Part shown: piece after piece, positions 13,441 through 28,874 of the stretch
Numbering within the stretch: the first letter of the stretch is position 1
How the letters are laid out: every line of letters starts with the position of its first letter
DNA from: the human T2T-CHM13v2.0 reference genome, Homo sapiens
Assembly (NCBI RefSeq): GCF_009914755.1
Contig: NC_060925.1
DNA: 64,000 bases
Reading direction: 5' to 3' (one strand)
Position numbers and translations under genes: made by a program
Notes under the pieces: generated by a model
The model's database searches: none
The model's input: only the letters and a program-made list of their open reading frames with translations
What the model was told of the DNA's origin: nothing

Positions 13441-14654
13441 AGGAAAAATAAAACAAGAAGAAGAAAACTGTGTATACATCATGGCCTGATGTCCCACAGA
13501 GCCTGGGAATGACTTTAAAATCCATCTCAATGTGGCTCCAATGAGTCCTGCCAACTGATTAGGCTTCCTGACCTCAAAAATATGGGAGAAGACAATTAGT
13601 CGGTTCAAACTGACTTCCTGTGGGTAACTGGGCCTTCCACACCATGCAATCTAGTAATTCCGACTAACATCATCTGAGCACTTACCATGTTCTTCAGGCA
13701 CATAGTGTCATGCACTTATTTGACCTTTATATAACAATGAGACATGGTATAAATCCCTACTTTACAGGGAACTAAATGAGGCCCAAACACAAGACCCAAG
13801 GTCAAATGCTGTTAAAGCCCAGATTATACAGCCCAGATCTGTCTAGCTCCAAGCCTGTGCCAGTTATTTGCAATCACCTATAAAACCACCTGTCTGGAGG
13901 AGTGGGGTCATAAAGCTTCCCACTATAGTGGTACCTCTCCTCTGTATGAACCCAGGAGGTGGGCAGGCTCCTTTAGGTAGATGACAGATAGCATATCAAA
14001 TAAAAGCCAAAACAAAATTCCTCTCTGCTGCTCAGCCAGAGTCACAGAAAGCTGAGAAGATACCCAAATTAGATCTTTAAACCAAGCTGTGGACCCCAGG
14101 ACCACACATTCCCTGATGCATAAACTGAAAGCTTCGCAATGGCATCAAGCCCCAGTGAGTGCTGGCTCTAACCTATCTTCACTCCAGTTCCTGCCTCTCT
14201 CCTACGGCCAGTGCTATTGTCTCCAGACCCCACTTTCCAACTCTGAGTACACACTAGATCTTTGCTCACCTGATGGTGCAGAGGAAATGCTCCTCCTACC
14301 TGCTCCAGTATATGTGACTCCTGCCCATTTTCCCAGACTCAACAGCAGGATCCCCTCCCCCCACCCCCAAGTGGCTCCACACTGCCCAGGTGGAACAAAC
14401 TGACCCACTTCAGAGCCATCGCAGCACTGTTCATGCACACACTTTCCTCAGGGCCCTTACCCCTGTCCTCCTTACATTAACGATTATCAGTATACACGGC
14501 CCTTCCCTAGAGGGTTACTTCCTAATGCACCCCTGTATTTTCCTACAATGCTGACCACAACCACCACCACCACTAGATATACAGTCCACCTGATGAATGC
14601 TTATGACTTGATGTGGCTGCCATTCTATACACATTTTGTTTAATCCACATATTA

Positions 14655-14975
14655 GTTCCATTTTACTGATGACGAAACTGAGGTCTGGCATGACCCAGCC
14701 TTCACTGGCACTACAGCATAGCAGATATAAGCACAGTCTGGAACCAGAACACGTGTGTTTGAATCCCAGCTCTACCACGTGCCAGCTGGGAAATCCTGGG
14801 TAAGTTATTTATCCCATCTGTGCCTCAATTTCTTCATCTGTAAAATAATGATCGTAACACATGCTCCGTAGTATTTTGGTCAGCATTAGAAGAGTTAATG
14901 TATGTGAAGGCACTCAGCACAGTGTCTGGACATAGCAGGAACTAAACAAGTGCTTGCTACTGTTATCATCATCAC
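14655..14975. mobile_element. MIR fragments (opposed orientations)
   Basis: ccattttactgatgacgaaactgagg, then tttgaatcccagctctaccac...tgcctcaatttcttcatctgtaaaat. Confidence 0.65.
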
Positions 14976-15019
14976 TGTTTCCAACCTTGTCTTCCATTAT
15001 GCCCCAAGTCCATATTTTT

Positions 15020-15440
15020 ATGTCCTCAAATATACCAACTACTTCCCACCTTTGTCCAAGCTGACTCTTCAGCCCTGACTGCTCTCTGCAGGCCAGGTCC
15101 TCACCATTCTTTGGGTCTGCTTATGTGCTCACCTCTGATGGGCGTACCCTGACGACCCTATTAAGAAAGAGCTCTGTCTCTCTGGCACGGTCTCCCGTGT
15201 CCCCTCCCCCCACTCCCCAGGTCCTATTCATTTTAGCACATCCTTGTTTCTTTTCCTCAGGGCACTTATGACAGCCTAGAATTGTTATGTGTTGATCCAT
15301 GTATTTGTTTTGTGTCCACATCCTCACTAGAGATGAGGGAAAGAACTGCGTCTGTCTTCCTTTTTTTTCCATCTTCATCCAGCCAAGGGAAATGCTCAAT
15401 AAATATCTGTTGAATAAGTGGGCAAATGAACGAATAAATG
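15020..15440 (+). mobile_element. L2 3' end
   Basis: ccctgacgaccctatt...gctcaataaatatctgttgaataagtg...gaataaatga L2 tail. Confidence 0.6.
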
Positions 15441-17731
15441 AGGCTCAGAAAGTTTAATAATTTGTCAAATATTACACAGACAATCAACAGAAAAGACAAA
15501 CTTCAAACCCAGATTTGACTCCAAAGATGGTGCTCTTTGTAGCTTGGTACCCTGTCTCCTTTTACATTATAGGTATTTAAGAAGTAGCTGTTGAATTAAT
15601 AAATGAATGAACTATAGAATCCTTAAGGTAACAGGTTGCTGATGGTTGCTGCTGCTATGGGGACAGCAGGAAATAAACATCCTGCAAAGTGCCATTCTCT
15701 CTATTTGGTCAACGATGAGTATCGATCAACTCAAACGTCTATTAAGCAGCCACAATGAACACATCTGTATAATGCAAAAGAATACAAAGCCCCTGTATTT
15801 GGCTGGAAGATAGCAGGTAGAATCAGGACTACAGCATACGGTTGGGCAGGTTGGGCACTGCCAAGAATGCCCAACTGAGGTAAGAAAGTGATGGCTGAAA
15901 TCCAATCTGCCTTTTACTAGCCAGGCCACACTCTCTGGTGCAGGGCTACCCCACTCAGACAAGATGCTGTTTTCTAATTTTCACAAAGACAATATATAGA
16001 CTAGCAGCAGCCCTATGGAGGGTCAGTCTTATTTCTTAAGGCTGGGTCTCTCTACCATGGGAGTTTAATGGCACAAAAGGCACTGACTATTCAAAACACA
16101 ATGCCCCTCCAAACCTGCCAGTGCCCCTGAAACAGCCGCTTGGGGTGAAAGCATTCTATGCCATGAGGTGCTTATGATAATACAAAAACAGGGAGGGGTA
16201 GCTGGTTCCTTCACTGCCACCTTTTAACTCAGACTAGTCTATCATATTGGCCTCTAGTACTTGTCAGAGCAGAGAAGCCTGAAAGTTGGGACCTGAATAG
16301 ATTAAGTTTCCATGCAATAAAAGGTGATGAGAAAGATTCCAGAACAAAGAATACTGCGAGAAAAAGTAGGCTCAGGCTGGGGACCCCAAAATCACGCATT
16401 TCCCTTTCTCCCTGAAGCCAGCTCTCACTGCACCTAGTAGGTATACAAGAGTGCATTCATGTGCCTACACAAATATGCACACACAAAACTAAAGAAAGGA
16501 TGTCACTTGAGCACACAGCTTCCTGCCCCCTCCAGGAGTCCTAACTGCTCAGCAGAGAAAAATAGCTTAGAGGAGCATAAAGAGACCCAAGAACTCTTCC
16601 TCTTGGCTTTCCCAGTAACTTCTGGAATTACATTTGGAAAGTCACTTCACCCCCAAGACCTGAATCTCATCATTTATAAAAGGACTGAGGCTGCAATATG
16701 TGAAAGATCAGGATTTTCAAGCTATGTTCTGAGCAACCAAAAGGTTCTGAGTGCTATAAAACTCTGCAAAAAAAAAAAAAAAAAAAAAAAAAACAAAAAA
16801 AAAAAACTCTGCAAAAAAAGTATTCAATTTTATTTTTAAGGTAATATATTAATGATTTTAGAGATTATAATAAACTCCCACAGATTCAAATTTTATTGGA
16901 AATTTTAGCACACTGATGATGACAAATGTGTTCACATTATCTTCCTGTAGACCTCAGAATAAAGCTGCTCTTGCCAATTCTAAGCTTATATTAGTATCTT
17001 GTAAATATGTCACTGATTCTGAAGGAAACTGGAATTATCTTTTTAAAAATTCAGGCCTGTACTTGTCTGGTGCCTTAAAACTGTTCAAGCAAGTATACTG
17101 CTATAGCACACCTGCAGTATGTTCAGTTAAATGCCAGGTAAATCTCAGGCACATCTGCTGGCTTATGCTCTTATCACAGGGGAATAGTCAGTTATGCAAA
17201 AGCAAATGAATTCATAACAGGCTGCATTGTAATAAAAAGAGTGACCATACATTATCATCTGTCTTGCAGTTTGTAATAAAGAATGAAAGTATTTGTTAAA
17301 CAGTGTGATTCTCCTTGGAGACCAAAGTTCCCCCTATTCATCTTTCAGGCTTCTGGATCAATTTAATTAAAGAGTATCCTGAAATTGCAAGGTATTAGCA
17401 AACTATTCTTATCTGCAATTACTTATCCATGCAAATCAGACTTTTCTATACTGCAAACAAAATTAAATCCAGATGGAACCTGGGTAATGAAACTGGCATT
17501 TGACTGGGACTGCCACTCAGAACCCAAGTTAAAATTCAGTGCTCACTACAGCAGCTTCATTGTTCTCTTGACTTTACCATAAGTAAATGGATGATTCTTG
17601 TAAGTTATGATACCTACAAGTCTGAACATATAAAATTAATCTCTTGTAAATCCATTTATTTAGGGTAAGTAAATGGATGATTCTTATAAGTTATGATACC
17701 TACAAGTCTGAACTTATAAGATTAATCTCTT

Positions 17732-19149
17732 GCAAAAAGAACAAAGCTGGAGGCATCACACTACCTGACTTCAAACTATACTACAAGGCTACAGTAACCA
17801 AAACGGCATGGTACTATTACCAAAACAGACATATAGACAAGTGGAACAGAACAAAGGCCTCAGAAATAACACCACACATCTACAACCATCTGATCTTTGA
17901 CGAATCTGACCTAAACAAGCAATGGGGAAAGGATTCCCTATTTAATAAATGGTGTTGGGAAAACTGGCTAGCCATATGCAGAAAACTGAAACTGGACACC
18001 TTCCTTACACCTTATACAAAAATTAACTCAAGACGGATTAAAGACTTAAACGTTAAGACCTAAAACCATAATCAGGACACAGGCATGGGCAAAGACTTCA
18101 TGATTATAACACCAAAAGCAATGGCAACAAAAGCCAAAATTGACAAATGGGATCTAATTAAACTAAAGAGCTTCTGCACGGCAAAAGAAACTATCATCAG
18201 AGTGAAGAGGCAATCTACAGAATGGGAGAAAAATTTTGCAATCTATCCATCTGACAAAGGGCTAATATCCAGAATCTACAAAAAACTTAAACAAATTTAT
18301 AAGGAAAAAACAACCCCATCAAACAGCGGGCAAAGGAAATGAACAGACATTTCTCAAAAGAAGACATTTATGTGGCCAGCAAACATAGGGGAAAAAAGCT
18401 CATCATCACTGTTCATTAGAGAAACGCAAATCAAAACCACGATGAGATACCATCTCATGCCAGTCAGAATGGCGATCATTAAAAAGTCAGGAAACAACAG
18501 ATGCTGGAAAGGATGTGAGAAATAGGAACACTTTATGCTGTTGGTGGGAGTATAAATTAGTTCAACCATTGTGGAAGACAGTGTGGCAATTCCTCAAGGA
18601 TCTAGAACTAGAAATACCATTTGACCCAGCAATCCCATTACTGGGTATATACCCAAATTATAAACCATTCTACTATAAAGACACATGCACATATATGTTT
18701 ATTGCAGCACTGTTCACCATAGCAAATACTTGGATCCAACCCAAATGCCCATCAATGATAGATTGGATATAGAAAATGTGGCACATATACACCATGGAAT
18801 ACTATGCAGCCATAAAAAAGGATGAGTTCATGTCTTTTGCAGGGACATGGATGAAGCTGGAAATCATCATTCTCAGCAAACTAACACAGGAACCAAAAAC
18901 CAAACACCACATGTTCTCACTCATAAGTGGGAGTTGAACAATGAGAACACATGGATGCAGGGAGGGGAACATCACACACCAGGGCCAGTCAGGGGGTGGG
19001 GGACTAGGGGTGGGATGGCATTAGGAGAAATACCTAATGTAGATGACAGGTTGATGGGTGCAGCAAACCACCATGGCACGTGTATACCTATGTAACAAAC
19101 CTGCACGTTCTGCACATGTATCCCAGAACTTAATGTATAATAAAAAAAA
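17732..19149 (+). mobile_element. L1PA (about PA7-8) 5'-truncated, antisense to JAK1
   Basis: ORF2 peptides [27 protein letters not shown]..., MGKDFM...[18 protein letters not shown]; 3'UTR and A tail; frameshifts. Confidence 0.96.
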
Positions 19150-20126
19150 TAAACTCTTTAGTACACTGAGATTCCACATCGGACTTGATATGAAATAGGG
19201 TTCCTTGATTTTCAAAGAGTCAAAACCACCATGCTGGATTCCCTCAAAGTCCTCTTCACGTTCTAATATTCAGAGGAAGCAAATTCTAAGTACACCTGGA
19301 TTACCTGCTCATCCTTGTTCAACCGCACTCCACGCAGACTACAACTCCCATAAGAAGGGAGGGCCATTCCCATCGAAAGTAAGGTTTCATCTACCATGGG
19401 CAGGTGGTAGCTGTCCACGCCGGGTGTCACTCATCCAAGTCCCCACCTCCCCCAGCAACAGGGTGAAAACATTCAGCCCTCCCCAACCATGGCAGTAGGA
19501 CACCCAGCATGGTGGGTGTCCTACCATGGTGGCACAAGGCTGAGTGGTTGTATCCTAGGCAATTACTACGCTCCAGGGGCATCATCCCTAGGAGCTCAGA
19601 CCAGCATTCAGAGGCCTCAACCTTTGGGGTAAAGGAGGCAATCCTTTTGTGTACAGGCTACTCCCTCTCTCCTACTCTCCCATCTCTGCCTATCAAAACT
19701 CTGTTCTTTAATGGTAAATTGTTACAAAATTACAAACTATCGGGAGGCACTCTGGTAAGGGAATAAAAAGAGCCAAAAAATAGGAACCCATGTGACTCTC
19801 AGAAATGTATCCTAAGAATACATAATGTACACACACAGAGATCTAGCTATACGGCTATTAATCCTATTAATCGAAGTGTTGTTCATAACAGCAAAAAACT
19901 GCAAGAAACCTAAATGTATTTTTTAAATGGATTTTGGCTCTAAAAAAGGAGGGGGGGGGATATTCAATCAACAAAGTGCCCACAATATCTTTAACAATAA
20001 TAATACCTACACTTTAGACTACTTACCATATAACTGGATCCTCTGATCAGGTTCTTTACATCTCATTTAACGCTCATACCAACACTGTGAGGTAGACATC
20101 ATGGCACTTTATAAATAAGAAATCTG

Positions 20127-20425
<299 letters not shown>

Positions 20426-23276
20426 AAATAAGAAATCTGAGATTCATAAAAGCAGTAATTAACCAAAGGTAATCTAGCTAATAAGTGTCGAGGTTGGGTT
20501 CAAACCTAACTCACTCACTCACTCTTGCATCCAACAAACGTTTATTAAGCATTTACTAGTGTCAGCATGGTGCTACATCCTGCTTTGTTGCTGGGGCTTT
20601 AATTTTCATTTTGAAATAATTTTAGATTTACTCAAGACCTGCAAAGATAGTACACAGAATTCCCATATACTTTCACTCAGCTACTCCTAACACTAACGCT
20701 ATGGTTTGTTTTTTTTTATTGACAAACTGCAATAATCAACCATTCCACCATCAAATAATTGAGAGGGCACTAGACAGTCCCAGCTGGCACCTGCCTCTGC
20801 CTGGGACTGCCCACAATCTCTGTTCCCCACTGACATCTGACTCTGCACTGCCCTCCCAACTCCACCATCCCAAAGGTAAGACAAGGGAATTAAGAAAATT
20901 ACCACAAATCAAAGGTTTTTTCTCCCAGTTAGAATTAAGCCACTGCTAACGGGAAGTAAAGCCATGGAAAGAATTATACTTTTAAAACAAGTACAGAACC
21001 TCCGAGAAATCTCAAATAGAAAAGAACAGTAACAATGAGAAAAAATAATAAATATAATTAAACACTACACCAGTGGTAGCTATACGTGCCAGGCATCATG
21101 CCAAATGTTTTATATTCATTGAATCCTGAACATCCCATAAGGTGGGTACCACTGTTATCCCCATTTACAGATGAGCAAAACAAGGTACAAAGAAGTTAGG
21201 TTTTACTCGAAGTTCCACAGCTCAAAAACACTTCCCTTTCCAGGGAAGAAAAAAGAACACAAGGCTCCTACCCCCGTTTTGAACTTCTAAGCTATTTTTA
21301 ACAACAATGGCCACCATCCAGACATCAGATGTGACCAATCTCCAGCTCAGCGAAACTATTCATGAGTGTAGCATTTTTCAGCCCTTGAGTAGTCTCTGCC
21401 TAAGTGACGTATCCCTGTTGTACATGTTTCCAAGGGAAGTGACAAAATTTCTGAGGGACTTGCACAACACTGCCAAAAAGCAGGATTCCAAAAGGCCTTT
21501 CACGCATGTTTTCACAATGCCCCAATACTACCTGCCTCTCGTCTGCACCATCCCCTCAGCAATCTCTGCCATGGGCTGACGCCTGCTCTTCAACAGAAGT
21601 TATTCAAATGACACATCGGATGCCCTTCTCATGCTGTACTACACTGACTGTCTCTACAAAATTGTGGTGCCAGAATTCACTTCAAAGGATCTGCATGTCT
21701 CTGACTACATGACAAAGATGTAGCGTATAAAAAGGGAACTGTCTATTTCTGGCACCACAAAATGCAATCTATTTGCCTCACCAAGCACGCCGCTGCTCTA
21801 AAGAAAGTTTTTGCTTTCAAAGAATCCTGGGTTTGCCTTTAAATTCACACTGTTTCATACTGAAGTGACTAACTTTGAATCATTCAAAATCGCTGTGGTC
21901 CTTAGAATTTTCAGGCACTACGGAATATACTACATAAATATGAGCATTCTCAAGCAATACACACTAAAAGACATACAGCCAATGGCCTAACCCAGGTCCA
22001 CCTCTGGAATTTGGGAGCTGACAGAAAGTGACCCAGAACCACTAGAAGCACAAAGCAGAAGGAAAGATAAGTGCTGACCAAAATGCAGGAGGGGACAGGG
22101 TATCTTAGGAAGCTGGAAAACATGGAGAGATGTAAAAGGACCAAAAGCAACTCCTGTTCCTGGTCACCAATTGGGATCAGTGGAAAAGAGTTTCAGTGGA
22201 ATCCCAGGAGACATCTCTCAAATGACCTCCGGCTCCAGTCCTGGGAAACTTGCTCAACAAATGATGCAATAAATAACACAAAGGCAAAACATATGAAGCT
22301 GCTTTTTATTTTTAAGGCTGTAAGAACCTCTTGTCACAGCTCTGAGAAGGGGAGACTGAAGGCTGGAGGCAGCCACACCAAGGAACCAGGCAGTGAAGAG
22401 CAGGGTCGTTTCCTAACTGGGAGACGTGGCATCACTGCAAGCAGAGGTTGTCGTGACTCATCAGGATGAATCCACAGAGCAGTAAAGAAAAACAACAGTG
22501 AAGGAAGAGCTTGGCAGCCATTACGAAATGAGAGGGGCGAGAAGCTCGGGTTGTGGACCCACAAGAGTGCCCCCTCAACCTTGACTGTTCCCAAGGCTCT
22601 GTCTGCCTGCATTCTTTGAAAACCTTCCATCTACTGGACCTACAGAGTTCTGGTTCATCCTCTCAAAGTCCAGGTCAGATGCCTCATCTTTCCGGTGAAG
22701 TCCTGTGGACTCCAAACGTAGTCACTCTCTTCTCTGTGCTGCCACAGTACTTTGTTAAACACATTAATTACAACCTTAGCTTACATTGTATTGTAAATGT
22801 CACCCACCAGACTATCCTGGGGGCTATGATTATATTTTACTCATTTGTATTTCTCACAGTCAGTGCCTAGAACATAGTAAGTGCTCATCAGATGAATGAT
22901 GAGGGTCCACTAGTAGGACCCTCCAGAGTTCCTAAGGCCACAGCAGTTTTCAGGAAGATTCATAATCAACTTATCAAACCAATTTACTTGAGGACCAATC
23001 TATTTCTGGCTGTGGGGATATGCACCACTACTCTCCCTGCTCCCTCTGAAATAGGAATGAGGAAGCTTCTCCCTTGATTCCATTCTAGCCATGGGAACAA
23101 GAACGCAGATGCATCAGACATCCTTGGGGATGACCCTGCCAAACAAATTATATTCCAATCTCACATCCACCAGACCAAAACCTAAACTAGGTCAAAATCA
23201 TTCATTCATACTGAGAGGGTATTAAAAGAAATATTTCTGACCCTTTCCCTCCTCTACCCATCAGCAGATGAAATGA

Positions 23277-23595
<319 letters not shown>

Positions 23596-24856
23596 CATAA
23601 TTCATCTTTAAACCAACTCTCCAACAACCTGTCCTCTTTCCTCCTACTCAGACTGAATGAGAAGTCTGGTCTTGGCAGTCCCTTGATGTTTATCCAGCCT
23701 TTCCTGCTGTGACAGAATACTTGATGTGCTACCACAGAACTGCTTGCAACGCTGACGGGTCATCTCTGATGCTAAGGGAGAAGAAAAGGGAAAGTCCCTG
23801 GAGAGCCACCATATTGAGTCTTTACAATTTCATCTAGTGGACTGTGGAGCCATAAATGGTGCACAATAAATCCAGGAATGCTGGAGGGCGAACTGACAGG
23901 ATCCAGTAGGAACATCTTAGAACAGACCGGTGTGTGTCTCAACACCTAGGACAGCTGCCCCACAAACAGACGGTCCAGGGACACACCCTTGCCCCTCCCC
24001 ATTTCACAAAGCTCCCATGGGGCCTTGTCTCCCAGCCTCTAGCCTTACTCCAGTGTCAATATGGGATCCGGCAGGAAGAGGCCAATGTGCAATTACTAAA
24101 TAAAACTCCTTCATTGACTGAGTTGCCTCCTCTCCTTCCAGGCTCAAGATCAAAGATTAAGCAACAGAGGAGAGGTGGAAGTTTATCAGAGAATCAGGAT
24201 TTCAAGGTTGGAATGGACTCTACAAAACATTCACCCTCCTCCTCCATGGCAATAACTATCCATACTTTCATTATTAGGCCAAATAAGCCTCTACATTTAC
24301 CCTCAACTCCACAGGCCCATGGATGGACTCTAAGAGTATTTGGTATTTAAGATAAAAATACAAATTTGACACAGTGCACCCTCCAATGCAAGGTAGGAAT
24401 TGGTGGGCACCTTGAAAGAAGTATCCTTGTTAAACCTCTAAGACTCTTGTATTGTGGAAGAATTAATTCATTCTTGGGGAAATCCAGTTATTTCTCCCAT
24501 GAAGACAAAGAGAGGTACCTTATGTCACTCACCCATCACCTGTCTAGACACCCAGGACTTTCACAAGTATGACTGGAGAGGTGAGGCCAAACACAAGAGC
24601 TGAGAAACAGCACAGCCCTGTGACCAGTAGCCAGGGTGTAAGCCCAGCTCCACCACTTACTAGCTCTGTGATCCTAAAAAGCAGGAAAACACTAGGACCT
24701 ACCTACCTCATTTGCTTGTAAAAAGATTAAGTTAGTTAATCTACTTAGAACACCATAAGTGCTATATTTCTTCCATAAATGAAGAGGCTAAGCCAATGTT
24801 TCTTTGAAACATGGTATCCCACGTTGGTGAGAATTTCCAATGTGACAGCAGAAAAC

Positions 24857-24938
24857 AGTAGGTTGTACCATATGAAACTGCCAATATTTGACCATTTTTA
24901 TGTACAAAAATGGCAATTTTATATTAATAAATCAAATA
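24857..24938. mobile_element. MADE2 mariner MITE
   Basis: taggttgtaccatatgaaactgcc...aaaaatggcaattttatat, an ~80 bp degenerate palindrome resembling MADE2. Confidence 0.7.
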
Positions 24939-25824
24939 CATGTGAAAAAGAATACAAAGCAGTGCATTTACAATCATCCTAAATGCCTAAAGCTTAGGCC
25001 TTTTACAGAAAATATTTCAAATGACTGTTTAAAAAAAAAAAAAAAAGGATCAACTATTTGTATGGGGCTAATCCTCCCCACCCCCAGTTTGGTCTACAGG
25101 ACCTCATGTAGATTGAGCAACTTTGGCTATTTGGGTAGCTGATCCACTGCCAAGCTGGCTCCCAGCTACCACCTGTTACTTTGACAACTCTAGCTTCAGG
25201 GCTACCAGGACCATTTGCAAAACTTACACCCACAGAAAACTCAAAGTCTCCAGAGGCATAAGCTCCAACCCCCAGAGAGCTCCACAGCATTCTTCTCCTT
25301 CTAGTAGTACTTTTGGTTTCCAGGAAAATCATCTCATGCTCGGGCCACAGTCACAGTCCTGACCAGCACCATAGAAATTTCAGCCATTATTCTAGTTGTA
25401 TGGAGTCATTCAAAATACTAGTTCCGAAAGAAGTTTCAAAGGTCCAACGCCGAGCGTCTTTTACCTTTGCTAATTTTTCCATAAATTGAAAGCCTTTCTA
25501 GAAAGAAAGGAGCGTATCACTGTTAAACTTCAATTATACAACACAGGCCCTCTGTTACAACTTCTTGTCAATCTATAATTATTTCAAAATAAAGTTTCTA
25601 AATAGGCATTAGTGGAACACTGATTAGTAACTGAAAACCAAAGCAGACTTAGTCGATCATAGAATGACAAAAAAAAACCTGGAAAATGTTGACCTCATTA
25701 TTTCAGTTTTTCAGACATATCCTTAAAGCGAGGTCAAACTGATCCATCAACAAGTCAACTGAACATTTGATATTCTACCTTGGAACAAGGAAACCCATCC
25801 ATCGATCACTCCAACATTGTCTGA

Positions 25825-26138
<314 letters not shown>

Positions 26139-26966
26139 GAGAATGTCAAAGTCTTTAAGGCTAAGAAAGAATGTAATTTCATGGCTGAAAAAAAAAAGTT
26201 TTTTTAAAAAAAAAGTTCAATTATACAAAGATATAAAAAAATACTCTTTCGTAAAGAACAACTTTGATGAAACCTTTTAGATGTACTGTGTGATTTTATG
26301 TCTTCAGTCCACTATAATAGAAAGGCTCTTTTCAATGACTGCCCCAGTAATAACAGGATAGTAGCAGAATCTTTCTGGCCTATAAACTAAGCCTAGTTAG
26401 GAAACAAGACCCAGAAGCATTTATACTTGTCTGAACTCTTGATTCCATGTTATTACATGAACTAAGTGAAGACCTGAACCAAGATCATCAGCCTTCTATT
26501 AAGGCACACAGATGATCTGATTGGCTCGGGCTTAATGGTCATGTTTCAGCTTCATTTTATTGCTCCGCTTCCCTTGACACCAGAACTATTTATCTCCTCT
26601 ACTTCTCAATACTAAAACCATTTATAAATCCCAAGAACAGTATTCACTGTAAATCAAACTAGTAAGTAAACTCGTTCTCCAACACCAAACCATACACTTT
26701 CATGTTTCTCAACTAAAAGTAGAGTTCATTACAAAAGAAACTGAGAAATGCCTCCTCATGAAGTCTCTCTTAATATTTTATGTCTACATAAGGATATGAT
26801 GTGGGTAGAGGTAGATGGCAGCACCAGTGTCTCAGGATCTGTTTTCTAGTGCCCCCCAAAACAGAATCACGGGTCTCTATCCTCCCCTGGCATTCTTAAT
26901 GTTATAATTAATAGTTAATAATTAAAATACTTAATTAACTGAACTAAACTGAAGATCCACCTAGCA

Positions 26967-27080
26967 TTTTTTTCTTTTCTTTTCTCTTGAGACAGGGTCT
27001 CACTTTGTTGTCCAGGCTGGAGTGCAATGGCATGACCATGGCTCACTGCTGCCTTGAACTCCTGGGCTCAAGCAATCTTT
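26967..27080 (-). mobile_element. Alu (J/FRAM) fragment
   Basis: gagacagggtctcactttgttgtccaggctggagtgca. Confidence 0.8.
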
Positions 27081-28315
27081 TCATAGGAACTGTTGGAGCA
27101 ACTGTTTGGAGAACTACTATCTGAAAGACAATAACATATTTTTCCCTAAAGACATTCTTGCCCCCAGGGCACACTTTTCTGGCTGCCATCAACCCTGCTG
27201 CCTAGATTCAACGAAATGGGGATGTCAGATGATTCTGTGAGCAACAGATCTAGGCATGAACATATACATATAAGCACAACTCATACCTCTAAGGGTGACC
27301 ATACAGCTAGGAACAGCAAATGGCAGATTACCATGCATAACACAGGACAAGGAAAGAAGTTCAAACGTCTAATCAGTGCCAACTTCAATACATTCACACA
27401 AGTTCACAATAGTTTCACAGTTTGCAGAAGTTTGGAGTCACTAGTTTGCAGTAAGCGGAAAGCATGGCTTACTGGTAAAATGCATGAACTCTGAAGTCAG
27501 AAAAGACTTACTCATTTATAAAATAAGGTATTTAATTTATCCAAATATTGGTTTCTTCATCTTTAAACAGGGATAATACCATGTAACACAAAAGAGTTGT
27601 TCAAGGATTAAATTAGGTATATACTAGGAGCTGGGCACATAGTAGATACATAATTTATAAGGTCCTAGTCATGCATATAATTCCTATATAAGGCCTAAAA
27701 AATCTCACAGAAAACCACATGGTTTCATTCTGCACTCTGAAATCCAGCTGGTATTATGCCACTACTGTATGTGTGCTATATAAGTCAATAAAAGTGGGAA
27801 CCAGAAACAAAATAAGAGAATAACTACTTAGACTGTGTATCCCCCAACTGGGTGGCTCAATACTATTTCTTTATAAATAAAGACCAGGATGCAAATATAC
27901 TCCTGTGTTGTAATAGTGCTAAGTTTCATTGTTTTGAAGCACACATAAAATATGAGTTCCCCAAAGTAAATGCTGCTGAATTTCATACAAATATTCACGA
28001 ACATTACATATTGCCAAGCCTTCTCACTTAGAGCTGTGTATAAAATACAAGTAACTAGATGTCAACAAACCTATAAATCCTATGAGAGCAGGCACTACAC
28101 ACAGGCATACTGATAGCTTCAAGGACAGAAAACCGGTAAGTTGACAGAAAAACAATAGAAGGCACAACAGGAAGTCCAAAGCTAGTTACTATGGAACAAA
28201 TACACCGTGTGTGTACATGTGCATGCAAATACACATAACTCAACAGACCTGCAGGGAATCCCTATTGTAAGAGTCATCATTTACAGAAGACCTAGCTTAT
28301 ACCAATTTCAATTTC

Positions 28316-28682
<367 letters not shown>

Positions 28683-28874
28683 TAGGTGGTGAAATTTAAA
28701 CCCAGGTCTTTCTACTCCAATTTATGCTATGCTCCATAAACACAGTGCTCAACACAAATTACATTTGTAGCTGAACATGATTAATAAAGAGAAAATAAAC
28801 TGTATTCAGTCGCTTCAGTTCAAGAACAGAAAAAATATATTTTCGGATTTTTTCATTAAAGTAGTTAAAGTTTT

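Noticed and set aside
17677-19095. L1 ORF2-like ORFs as CDS
   Set aside because: 5'-truncated and frameshifted; not an active element or gene.
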